Assembly: GCA_035629175.1 (NCBI GenBank)
Contig: DASPIL010000040.1
Coordinates: 40,255 to 104,254, forward strand
Length of the DNA: 64,000 nt
Direction of reading: 5' to 3'
Source of the DNA: Verrucomicrobiia bacterium
Lineage (GTDB): Bacteria > Verrucomicrobiota > Verrucomicrobiia > Limisphaerales > DASXHY01
The stretch's first letter is position 1. Every line of letters begins with the position of its first letter. The notes below the pieces were generated by a model that did no database searches, was not told the DNA's origin, and worked only from the letters and a program-made list of their open reading frames with translations. Shown in pieces: positions 48,750 through 56,983 of the stretch. The translations under genes and the position numbers were made by a program.

Positions 48750-49378
48750 ACGATAAGCCCGGAATCAAGGTGCTGGTCGCTGACGACCACTTTGTTGTTC
48801 GCATGGGGCTGATCGCTCTTGTGAATACGGAACCGGATATGCAGGTGGTGGGCGAGGCTGCCGACGGAAAGCAGGCAATCGAAATGTTCAACCGGCTGCG
48901 GCCAGATCTCGTCCTGATGGACCTGCGGATGCCCGTGAAGGACGGCATTGCAGCCACACGTGAAATCCGCGAGAAGTTTCCTGACGCGCGTGTTCTAATG
49001 CTCACCACATTTGACGGAGACACCGACATTCATCGCGCGATCGAGGCTGGTGCGCGCGGTTACGTGTTGAAGAACACAACGGGCGACAAGCTGATTCCGG
49101 CGTTGCGGGCTGTGGCATCCGGGCAGAAATGGATTCCACGCGAGATTGCCACGCGCCTGGCTTCACGGAACCTCTTCGAGGAACTTACCCCGAGGGAAGT
49201 GCAGGTCCTCCAGCAAATGGCGAAAGGCCTGGCCAACAAGGAAATCGGCGAGGTGCTGCGGATCAGCGAACATACGGTCAAAGATCACCTGAAGAATATC
49301 CTCGGAAAAATGCGCGTTGCAGATCGCACCGAAGCGGTCACGGCCGCGTTGCAACGCGGGATCATCCAGCTTGGATAA
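48746..49378 (+). CDS. NarL/LuxR family response regulator
   Basis: ADDH, MDLRMP, LTPRE, NKEIG..L.ISE.TVK.H. Confidence 0.96.
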   Translation: MNDKPGIKVLVADDHFVVRMGLIALVNTEPDMQVVGEAADGKQAIEMFNRLRPDLVLMDLRMPVKDGIAATREIREKFPDARVLMLTTFDGDTDIHRAIEAGARGYVLKNTTGDKLIPALRAVASGQKWIPREIATRLASRNLFEELTPREVQVLQQMAKGLANKEIGEVLRISEHTVKDHLKNILGKMRVADRTEAVTAALQRGIIQLG

Positions 49379-49398
49379 CGTCCCATTTCGGCGTCACT

Positions 49399-51069
49399 TC
49401 ACCGCACATCAATCCAATCGAAATCGAGCAGTCCCCGCTTCACTTCCAACTTCAGAGATTGCAAGCCACTATCAAACGGTGCCTTGCCCAGGTTGAGCTC
49501 TGTCCAATCCTTCGACTCAAATCGAAGCGGGTACGAGCGGCCATCCCGGACAAGCGTTGCTACCCCCGCTCCGAAAGGAGCGCGGGCTCGCACGATCAAG
49601 TCGAAGGTTCCTTTGTTCCGGTTGTGAATCGAATACGAAGTCCATTCCGTTTCTGACAAAGTGACGTAAACATCGGAACTCCTTTGTTCGGGTTTGGCCG
49701 CAGTGACTTTCACCGATTGATCGGGTCGATAGTGGGCAGATTTTGTCGAGCGATCGCGGACATGGTAAGACACGCCGGCGCCGCCGAATCCGAAGTTCTC
49801 AGCTTCAATTCGCGCGGGGGTCTGGCGCAGGATGGAGTTCACCACGCCCGGAAAGAAATCACAGTTTTCAATTCGCAGGTTCAAGATCAGTTCGTCCAGT
49901 GCCGCTTGGGCAACTTCACGGGAAGGACGTTTCCCGCCCTGAGAATATGCGACAAGCTCCGACCAATGCTGCGGCCGGCGAATCGAGAACGGCGCATTGG
50001 CTGAATCCACTTTTTTCCACGGCCAGAACGACCAGCCAATGTTGTTGGCTTCAAAATACGCCGTGGTCGCCCAATAAATCCCGCCATCGCGTTCGCCCGT
50101 TTCCCCCACCCAGACGGGCGCGTTCAGACGTTCGCGATGTCGCACATACCGATCAATGTTCTTCACAACCGCGGGCGTGTCCCAACAGTAATAATGACAT
50201 TGATACACGAGGTTATCATCGAAGGGCTTCGTGAAGATCGACCAGTCATTGGCCCAATCAACGCCTTCGAGAATGATCATGTGCCGCGAATCAACCTCGC
50301 GAATGGCGCGCGTGATCCGCTGATACAACGGCTCGACCAGGTGTTTGTATTTGGCAGCCGCGCCCGTGCGTTCGGGTAAGGGTTCGTTCAGCAGGTCATA
50401 ACCGGCGACAGCAGGTTCATTTTTGTATCGGTTCGCAATGGAAACCCACAGATCCACCAGGCGATCCTGATAGTGAGTATCCATGAACAGCCTCGGCTGA
50501 TCATCCAGGCTGTCGTCGATATTCTGTCCCGTCTGGCCACCCGGGGCACCATGCATGTCGATGATCACATACAATTGGTGTTTCCGGCACCATGCAACCA
50601 AGTCGTCGAGCAATCGATAACCCTCTTCCACGCGAACTGGCGGGCCGGTTTCAGTGAGGAACAATCGGGCATTCAAGGCGGGCCGGACGGAATTAAATCC
50701 GAGATCGGCAATTCGTCGGATGTCGGCTTCCGTGATGTAGTTGCGGCGAAAAGCCTCCCAGAAATGCTGGGACGGCTCGTCGCCGATCATGTCAGCAACC
50801 ATTTTCTCGATGCGTCGCGGCCGATCGCCGTCCCTGCCAAATTTCCACATATATCCTTCAGGCAGCATCCAGTTCCCGAGACCCACGCCCCGAAGCAGAA
50901 TCGTCTCGCCCCGTTCGTTGATGATGTCGTGCCCGTGCGTCCGCAGAAATGTGAGTTGCGCCGCAATTCCGTCCCCCAGGGACGCCTGAATCAGCAGCAC
51001 GACCGCTAAAAAGAGCGGAGCACTTGTGGACGGCAGTTTATGGCGCCGAAAGGAAATTATAAGTTTCAC
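49399..51069 (-). CDS. GH5 family glycoside hydrolase with C-terminal CBM6/35-like module; start uncertain (GTG 51069 preferred)
   Basis: GLGNWMLPEGYM, GFNSVR, DMHGAPGGQ, YDLLNEP, WVGETG, WSFWPWKK; IEAENF. Confidence 0.88.
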   Translation of the reverse strand: MKLIISFRRHKLPSTSAPLFLAVVLLIQASLGDGIAAQLTFLRTHGHDIINERGETILLRGVGLGNWMLPEGYMWKFGRDGDRPRRIEKMVADMIGDEPSQHFWEAFRRNYITEADIRRIADLGFNSVRPALNARLFLTETGPPVRVEEGYRLLDDLVAWCRKHQLYVIIDMHGAPGGQTGQNIDDSLDDQPRLFMDTHYQDRLVDLWVSIANRYKNEPAVAGYDLLNEPLPERTGAAAKYKHLVEPLYQRITRAIREVDSRHMIILEGVDWANDWSIFTKPFDDNLVYQCHYYCWDTPAVVKNIDRYVRHRERLNAPVWVGETGERDGGIYWATTAYFEANNIGWSFWPWKKVDSANAPFSIRRPQHWSELVAYSQGGKRPSREVAQAALDELILNLRIENCDFFPGVVNSILRQTPARIEAENFGFGGAGVSYHVRDRSTKSAHYRPDQSVKVTAAKPEQRSSDVYVTLSETEWTSYSIHNRNKGTFDLIVRARAPFGAGVATLVRDGRSYPLRFESKDWTELNLGKAPFDSGLQSLKLEVKRGLLDFDWIDVR

Positions 51070-51101
51070 TAGGAAAGCATGCGCCCGCGCCAAAGGTTCT
51101 G

Positions 51102-51121
51102 CATCCCTCGTTCGAGGGGAT
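51102..51121 (-). promoter_or_regulatory. Regulon motif copy D (serves the GH5 gene)
   Basis: CATCCCTCGTTCGAGGGGAT, 17/20 identical to copy A; CATGCT 20 nt downstream on the minus strand. Confidence 0.7.
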
Positions 51122-51125
51122 CTTT

Positions 51126-51812
51126 TCACGTTGCCCCATCGGCTTCGATCCATCGGACTGCGTAACGGACGAGGTCGGTCGCAGTCTTCAACTGCAGCTT
51201 CTCCTTGATATTGGCGCGGTGCACTTCAACGGTCTTCACACTGAGATGCAAGTGATCTGCAATTTCGCGCGTTCCTTTTCCTTCGCCAATCATCTGGAAC
51301 ACTTCAAACTCGCGATCAGAAAGCCGCCCCACCCCCGAACCGCCGCCTCCATCCCGACGCCCGGAAAAGATCTCGAGGATTTTTGCCGACATCTTTTCGC
51401 TGACGTAAATCTTGCCCTCCAGCACCTGACGGATGGCTTCCATGAGTTTTTTCCCCCCTTCCTGCTTCATCACGTAGCCCCGTCCGCCGGCACGAAGGAC
51501 GCGCTCCGCATAAAGGGCTTCATCATGCATGGACACCACCAGGATCAGGATCGCAGGATGCATCGCGCGAAGGTCCTTGATGAGCTCGAGCCCGTTTTTG
51601 TCGGGAAGAGAAATGTCGGCAATGAGCAGATCGGGGGTCTGCATTCCCACCTGGCTAAGCGCCTGGGCCGCGTTGTCAGCCTCGGCGGCCACAATGAGGT
51701 CGGGTTCGTTATTGATCAACTGCGCGAGCCCCTGGCGCATCATGGGATGATCATCCACGATGACGATTCGCTTCCTAACCTTTTGCGTTTTCCTGGGAGC
51801 CACTCTGCTCAT
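51126..51812 (-). CDS. NarL/LuxR family response regulator
   Basis: VDDHP, DISLP, SMHDE, LSDREFEV, SVKTVEVHR. Confidence 0.95.
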   Translation of the reverse strand: MSRVAPRKTQKVRKRIVIVDDHPMMRQGLAQLINNEPDLIVAAEADNAAQALSQVGMQTPDLLIADISLPDKNGLELIKDLRAMHPAILILVVSMHDEALYAERVLRAGGRGYVMKQEGGKKLMEAIRQVLEGKIYVSEKMSAKILEIFSGRRDGGGGSGVGRLSDREFEVFQMIGEGKGTREIADHLHLSVKTVEVHRANIKEKLQLKTATDLVRYAVRWIEADGAT

Positions 51813-53223
51813 GTTGCGTTGAGGCGCTGGCGAGAGCAATCGTGCATGTCACGCGCACTCCGCCCTCGGATCTGTTTTCCACGGTCAAATTCCCACCAAT
51901 CATAGAGGCCCGGGACTGCATGATGCGAAGACCCATGCCGTTTCCCGCGGGCGCCGCTGGCAACCCGCGTCCATTATCGGTGACCATCATCAAAAGTTTT
52001 CCGGGATGCGACTCCAGCAGGATGCACAAACGCGACGCCTTCCCGTGCCGAATCGCGTTCGATACGGCCTCCTGCGCGATGCGGAAAATGTGCGTAGCCA
52101 TCGCGTGGTCATTAACAAGAACAGGAACGCCGCACTCGAAACGGCATTCCACCCCAAAAATCTTTTCAGTGTTCGACGCCAGTTCCTGCAGGCCGGACAT
52201 CAGGCCTTCCGACTCAAGCACGATCGGCGACAATCCTCTCGCCATAAGCCGCGCATGACTGATGGCGTCCCGCACGTAGCCCGCGATTTCGCCCAATCGG
52301 GTGGCGATGCTTTTTGACCTGGCAGCGGCTTTCTGTTCCAGCACCTCGCACATCAACTCGACTCCTGCAAGCTGCTGGCACAAGCCATCATGGAGATCCT
52401 GCCCGATGCGCCGCTGCACACGGTCATTGATCTCCAGGATTTCCTTTTCGAGGCGTTTGCGTTCTGTGATGTCACGAAGGATGACAAGCCAGTGCGTGAT
52501 CCGGCCCGATCGATCTCTGACAGGACTGATGCGCCGCTCAACCCAGCGCTCGCCTTGAGCACTGTCGTATGCCGAGATTTCCTCATCGAAACTGCGGTCG
52601 GGGGGGATCCCATGGATCAGGCGCTGGTGAACTGCGCTTAATCCTTTCAAACGGTTGAGCGGGCGTCCGACCACCTCGTCCGGGCTGTAGCCGGTCAATT
52701 TGGCGAAGGCGGGGTTGACGAACAGCACCTGCAGGTCTGGAAGTTCGGCGCTGGCGATGAGGACGGCGCTGAACCCTTGAATGACTACGCTTTGAACGAG
52801 GTTCACCCGTTCCTCGGCCGCTGCAAGCCGCCGTTCGGTCTCGAGTTGCTCGACCACATTCCCCACGACCTCGGGAACAAAATCGAGGAACCGGACATCC
52901 TTCACGAGGTAGTCTCGCGCGCCCCGTTTCATCATTTCCACCGCCACGCGCTCATCCCCCTGCCCCGTGATGATGACAAACGGCAAGGAACGCTCCAGGG
53001 TTTCGAGGCGTTGGATCAATTCCTTGCCCTCCATGTCCTGAAGCTTGAGGTCGAGCACGAGCAGATCCGCCCGCTGGCTGGACAGCCAGGCCAGAGCCTC
53101 TTCGCCCGAGGCAGCGGTGGCGGTCTGAAATCCTCCGCGCTCCAGCGCTTTTTGGATCAGGCGCAACAGACCCCGATCATCATCCACGATGAGAATCAAA
53201 TGCTGGCGCGTCGCGTCTTGCAT
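51775..53223 (-). CDS. Hybrid REC-PAS-HisKA_3 histidine kinase
   Basis: ILIVDDD...DLKL...DYLVK; VNPAF PAS; RIGQDLHDGLCQ, EAVSNAIRH, DNGRG. Confidence 0.92.
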   Translation of the reverse strand: MQDATRQHLILIVDDDRGLLRLIQKALERGGFQTATAASGEEALAWLSSQRADLLVLDLKLQDMEGKELIQRLETLERSLPFVIITGQGDERVAVEMMKRGARDYLVKDVRFLDFVPEVVGNVVEQLETERRLAAAEERVNLVQSVVIQGFSAVLIASAELPDLQVLFVNPAFAKLTGYSPDEVVGRPLNRLKGLSAVHQRLIHGIPPDRSFDEEISAYDSAQGERWVERRISPVRDRSGRITHWLVILRDITERKRLEKEILEINDRVQRRIGQDLHDGLCQQLAGVELMCEVLEQKAAARSKSIATRLGEIAGYVRDAISHARLMARGLSPIVLESEGLMSGLQELASNTEKIFGVECRFECGVPVLVNDHAMATHIFRIAQEAVSNAIRHGKASRLCILLESHPGKLLMMVTDNGRGLPAAPAGNGMGLRIMQSRASMIGGNLTVENRSEGGVRVTCTIALASASTQHEQSGSQENAKG

Positions 53224-53236
53224 AACCGGTAAACGG

Positions 53237-53689
53237 TTATTTGCCGCTGCCCACTTCCGGCACCTGCACGAGCGAGATGTAAAGACCAAGACTTTTGATC
53301 GCCTCGGCAAATTTGTCGTAGTCCACGGGTTTGACGATATAGCTGCTGCAGCCGATGTCATGGCAGCGTTCCACCTCCCGCGGGTCGTCCGTGGTGGTCA
53401 GCATGATAACCGGAATGCGGCGCAATTCCGGATCGCCTTTAACCTGGCGCAGCACCTCAACGCCATCCACCTGAGGCATGCGAATATCGAGGAGAATCAA
53501 GTACGGCGCCTCGGGAAGGCGGTGGGGGCCAGCGCCGCGGTGAAAAAGAAAATCGAGCAATGCCTGGCCGTTGTCGAACCGTTGAAAACTGTTGTGCAAT
53601 CCTGCCCGGGCCAGGTTTTTTTCAATCAATCGGGCGTGGCCCGCGTCATCCTCAGCAATCAAGATCATCATTTCCCGAGCAAGCGTCAT
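53237..53689 (-). CDS. Single-domain response regulator (Rcp1-like)
   Basis: IAEDD, LLDIRMP, IPVIMLTT, YIVKPV. Confidence 0.93.
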   Translation of the reverse strand: MTLAREMMILIAEDDAGHARLIEKNLARAGLHNSFQRFDNGQALLDFLFHRGAGPHRLPEAPYLILLDIRMPQVDGVEVLRQVKGDPELRRIPVIMLTTTDDPREVERCHDIGCSSYIVKPVDYDKFAEAIKSLGLYISLVQVPEVGSGK

Positions 53690-53705
53690 AGGTGGATGGC
53701 TCTCG

Positions 53706-55367
53706 TTACTGTGCCTGCGCTGCTCTCGGCAGGGAAACAAAAAATGTGGAACCCTTTCCTGCAGCTGACTCAATCCAAATGCGGCCGCCGTGGCGCTCCA
53801 TGATCCGCTGGGTGATCGTCAATCCCAGTCCGTCGCCTTCACTGTGGTTTGGATTCAGGCGATGAAAGATTTCAAACACCTTCGCCTGATGTTCCTGGGC
53901 GATGCCGATGCCATTATCGCTGACACTGTATACCGTTGCGTCCGCGTTTGCGGTGCCGCTCACCACAATCCTGCAGGGACGGTCGGGGCTTCGGTACTTG
54001 ATGGCGTTCTCCAGCAGATTCGCAAACACCTGGCTGATCAGGGTCGCGTCTCCCTCGGACGGCGGGAGGGGCTCCACGTTCAGGTTTACCGCATCACGTT
54101 TTACTTGGAATTCCATCGCATTGATAATTCCTGTGAGCAGCTCATTCATGTCGATCGCTTCGACCTTCAGGGCAACCCTTCCGAGGCGGGAGTAACGGAG
54201 GAATCCCGAAAGCAGGCTGTCGATCTTCGTTACGCCGGCCTGGATATATTCGAGCGCCTCGGGAATGTCATCACGCAGCAAGCGCTGCGCTTCCGCACGG
54301 TCGGCGTCTGAGGGGGCCTCGGTCGAGAGGCGCATCCGCAGGCCTTCACACGCATGCGACAATTCGCGGCTGAAGCCCTGAATGTTCACCAACGGCGATC
54401 GAAGATCGTGCGACGCGATATACACGATGGTTTCCAATTCACGGTTCTTCTCCGCCAATGTCTGGGCGAGTGATGCGAGGCGGGCTTCGGCGCGCTTTCG
54501 ATCCGTGATGTTCCGCGCGACCTTCGACGCCCCGATGATCTTGCCGTCGGGGGAGCGGATCGGAGAAATCGTGACTGAAACATTGATGAGAACACCATCT
54601 TTGCGGCGGCGTATAGTTTCAAATCTCTCAATGGGCAGACCTTGCCTGATCGTCGTCAGGATGGCCTGTTCCTCACCGAGCCGATCCTCGGGAATGATCA
54701 TGGAGATCGGCTGTCCGAGAGCTTCCTCGCGGGCGTATCCAAACAGCGCCTCTGCACCGCGGTTCCAACTGTTGATAATCCCATCCAGGCTCTTGCCGAC
54801 AATCGCATCTTCAGTCGATTCCACGATCGCGGCGTAGTAAGAGAGTCGCTTCTCTGCTTCCTTCCGTTCGGTAATGTCGCGTACGAAACCCGTGAATAAA
54901 CGCCGTTTCGCAAGCCGCACTTCGCTCACGGAAAGTTCCATCGGAAACTGGCTGCCGTCCTTCCGCAGCCCAACCACTTCACGACCAATGCCAATGATCC
55001 TGGCATGACCTGTCTGGATATAGCGTTCCAGGTAGCCATCGTGCGCTTCGCGATAGGGTGACGGCATCAACATGCTGACATTGCGGCCCATGACTTCGGG
55101 CGCGTCATATCCGAAAAGTTTCTCTGCGGCACGGTTCATCGATTCGACGGTACCGCGCTCGTCTATGGTGATGATTCCCTCAACGGCTGTGTCGAGGATT
55201 GCGCGCAGTCGTTCCTCACTGTCGAAAAGTTCGGTGCCCGCGAGCCGTTGCCGGACGTCGCTCGGCGGGATGGCGCTCTCCCGGCTTTCCAGCGACTTCA
55301 AACGTTCAATCAGTTCGATCCGGGAAAGCTTCGAATAATCCGATGGCGGCATTGGCGGGTGCGTCAT
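53706..55367 (-). CDS. Cytoplasmic PAS-PAS histidine kinase with a FixL-type heme PAS domain
   Basis: LMPSPYREAHDGYL..Y...IIGIGREV.G.RKDG..FP; SHDLRSPL; NLLENAIKY; GLGL. Confidence 0.9.
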   Translation of the reverse strand: MTHPPMPPSDYSKLSRIELIERLKSLESRESAIPPSDVRQRLAGTELFDSEERLRAILDTAVEGIITIDERGTVESMNRAAEKLFGYDAPEVMGRNVSMLMPSPYREAHDGYLERYIQTGHARIIGIGREVVGLRKDGSQFPMELSVSEVRLAKRRLFTGFVRDITERKEAEKRLSYYAAIVESTEDAIVGKSLDGIINSWNRGAEALFGYAREEALGQPISMIIPEDRLGEEQAILTTIRQGLPIERFETIRRRKDGVLINVSVTISPIRSPDGKIIGASKVARNITDRKRAEARLASLAQTLAEKNRELETIVYIASHDLRSPLVNIQGFSRELSHACEGLRMRLSTEAPSDADRAEAQRLLRDDIPEALEYIQAGVTKIDSLLSGFLRYSRLGRVALKVEAIDMNELLTGIINAMEFQVKRDAVNLNVEPLPPSEGDATLISQVFANLLENAIKYRSPDRPCRIVVSGTANADATVYSVSDNGIGIAQEHQAKVFEIFHRLNPNHSEGDGLGLTITQRIMERHGGRIWIESAAGKGSTFFVSLPRAAQAQ

Positions 55368-55396
55368 ATGGGCGTGGTGACGATAAGCATCCAGTG

Positions 55397-55436
55397 GAAA
55401 AAAGAAAGAGCCACGAACGCTTCCGCTCGTGGCTTT
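55397..55436 (-). terminator. Intrinsic terminator after the 62-aa ORF
   Basis: AGCCACGA/TCGTGGCT stem followed by CTTTCTTTTTT on the minus strand. Confidence 0.7.
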
Positions 55437-55479
55437 AGGAGGGATGTGGGGGACGGGCGCCTTCCGCGCGCCCAAATTG

Positions 55480-55668
55480 TTATTGAAACGGCTCCTGGTA
55501 GGGTACCCGATGGACCTGTCCGCGCAGGATCTGCCCTGAAGGAAATGCGCGCCAAACATTGGTTTGATCGCGATACGCAAGGAAACGCTCGCCGCCACAC
55601 TGGACGTAAACCGGAACGGCGAGGGGCAAATTGGGGTCGGGTTTCATCTGCTTGCTGGTCTTGTTCAT
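55480..55668 (-). CDS. Small hypothetical protein (62 aa)
   Basis: Starts 24 nt after the PocR-AraC stop and ends just before a terminator; beta-like core VYVQC...FLAYRD...WR. Confidence 0.55.
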   Translation of the reverse strand: MNKTSKQMKPDPNLPLAVPVYVQCGGERFLAYRDQTNVWRAFPSGQILRGQVHRVPYQEPFQ

Positions 55669-55692
55669 AGGGATGCAACTGCCCTGCCTGAG

Positions 55693-56745
55693 TCACTTGC
55701 CCAGCAGGTGCGCGCGATACTCCGTGGGCGATTGGCCGAGGATTTTCTTGAACACGCGATTAAAGTGCGTCAGCGATTGGAACCCGACTTCGAACGCGAT
55801 CTCACTCACACGCAGGTTTGGGTTCAGCAGCAGGTTCTTCGCTTTTTCGATGCGCACGCGGGAAAGGTAATCGGTGAAATTAATCCCAGTCACCTTCTTG
55901 AACATTTTGCAGAAATAGAACGTGCTGGTGTTCACCGCGCGGGCGACCTGGCCAAGCGAAAGTTCCTCGGTTTGGTGCTCGTGAATGAATTCCTTGGCGC
56001 GCGTAATTACGGGCGGTTCGGCATTTTCGTGCTGAACAACGACCTGGTTGCTGAGCATCGACAGATGCTGCGCGAAGATGGACAGGAGCTTGACGACGGA
56101 ATCGTGCTGCCGGGCCGGAACAACCTTCGTTTCGAAATAACTTTTGCGCAGGGTCTGGAGATCCGCCTCGACACCCCAGCTGGCGACCAGCTTGGCGGCG
56201 CGGGCGAATTGCGCGGGCGTGGGCTTCTTGCGGAACAGCTGCCCTGTCTGAAGGAATCCGATCACTTTGTCGCCCAGGCGGACCGGGACGGCGGTGTCGC
56301 ACATGCCGACAGCGCATGCGATGGTTTGAGGCTCCATTGTCGACCGTTGTGAAAGAGCTTCCTGCACCTGCAGACATGCCCCGCAGGCGCGACTTTTCTG
56401 GGCCAGAATCTGGCAGAATGGATTCTCATTCCGTTTGCCGTGATGCGGCAGCTGCCAGGATTCCACCGGGCGCAGGGCGACTGGAAGGCCCGTGGCATCG
56501 CTGAATGCGCGCTCGTACTCCTGGTAGATTCTTGAATTCGCCAGCGCCTCAACCAGGGCGCGATTGCCGTTGCCAGTGCCATTGCCGGGAGCGGCATACG
56601 GGCTCTTTGACTTGAAGGCGGCTTCCCGACGAAGACCGCTCTCTACTGGCCTGAGTTCCGGACGAAGGCCAAGCACCGAGTCCTTCCGGACCTCAGCAGG
56701 TTCTGCCTGACCGAGCGTTTCTTGTCGTACAATTGTTGTTTGCAT
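55693..56745 (-). CDS. AraC family regulator with PocR ligand-binding domain
   Basis: FSDATGLP, NPFC...C..C, C.VG..D.AVPV, GQ; AraC HTH YFCKMFKK..G, VGFQSLTHFNRVFKK. Confidence 0.93.
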   Translation of the reverse strand: MQTTIVRQETLGQAEPAEVRKDSVLGLRPELRPVESGLRREAAFKSKSPYAAPGNGTGNGNRALVEALANSRIYQEYERAFSDATGLPVALRPVESWQLPHHGKRNENPFCQILAQKSRACGACLQVQEALSQRSTMEPQTIACAVGMCDTAVPVRLGDKVIGFLQTGQLFRKKPTPAQFARAAKLVASWGVEADLQTLRKSYFETKVVPARQHDSVVKLLSIFAQHLSMLSNQVVVQHENAEPPVITRAKEFIHEHQTEELSLGQVARAVNTSTFYFCKMFKKVTGINFTDYLSRVRIEKAKNLLLNPNLRVSEIAFEVGFQSLTHFNRVFKKILGQSPTEYRAHLLGK

Positions 56746-56983
56746 GACAGCAAATTAGGGATACCACGCAAAAACAACAATTGGGACGCCCCCTGTTTGC
56801 ACATTGGCACAAAGGCTTAACGAGACTAGGAGTTTCCCCTACTCACCCTCGGGACCCAAGCCAAAATAGCAGGCAGCTGCTTGTGCCGATCTGTGATTCA
56901 ACAGAAGGAAAACCGCGCCGGCCGGCGCGGAATGTTCCACGTCGGCCCATCACATCCTGACCGTATCTTGTGGTCTAACCCGG

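Noticed and set aside
55439..55446. Additional GAGGGATG octamer
   Set aside because: Lacks the C-rich left half and points toward no plus-strand gene
56804..56820. TTGGCAC as a possible sigma54 -24 box
   Set aside because: No GC at the -12 position and no gene in that orientation
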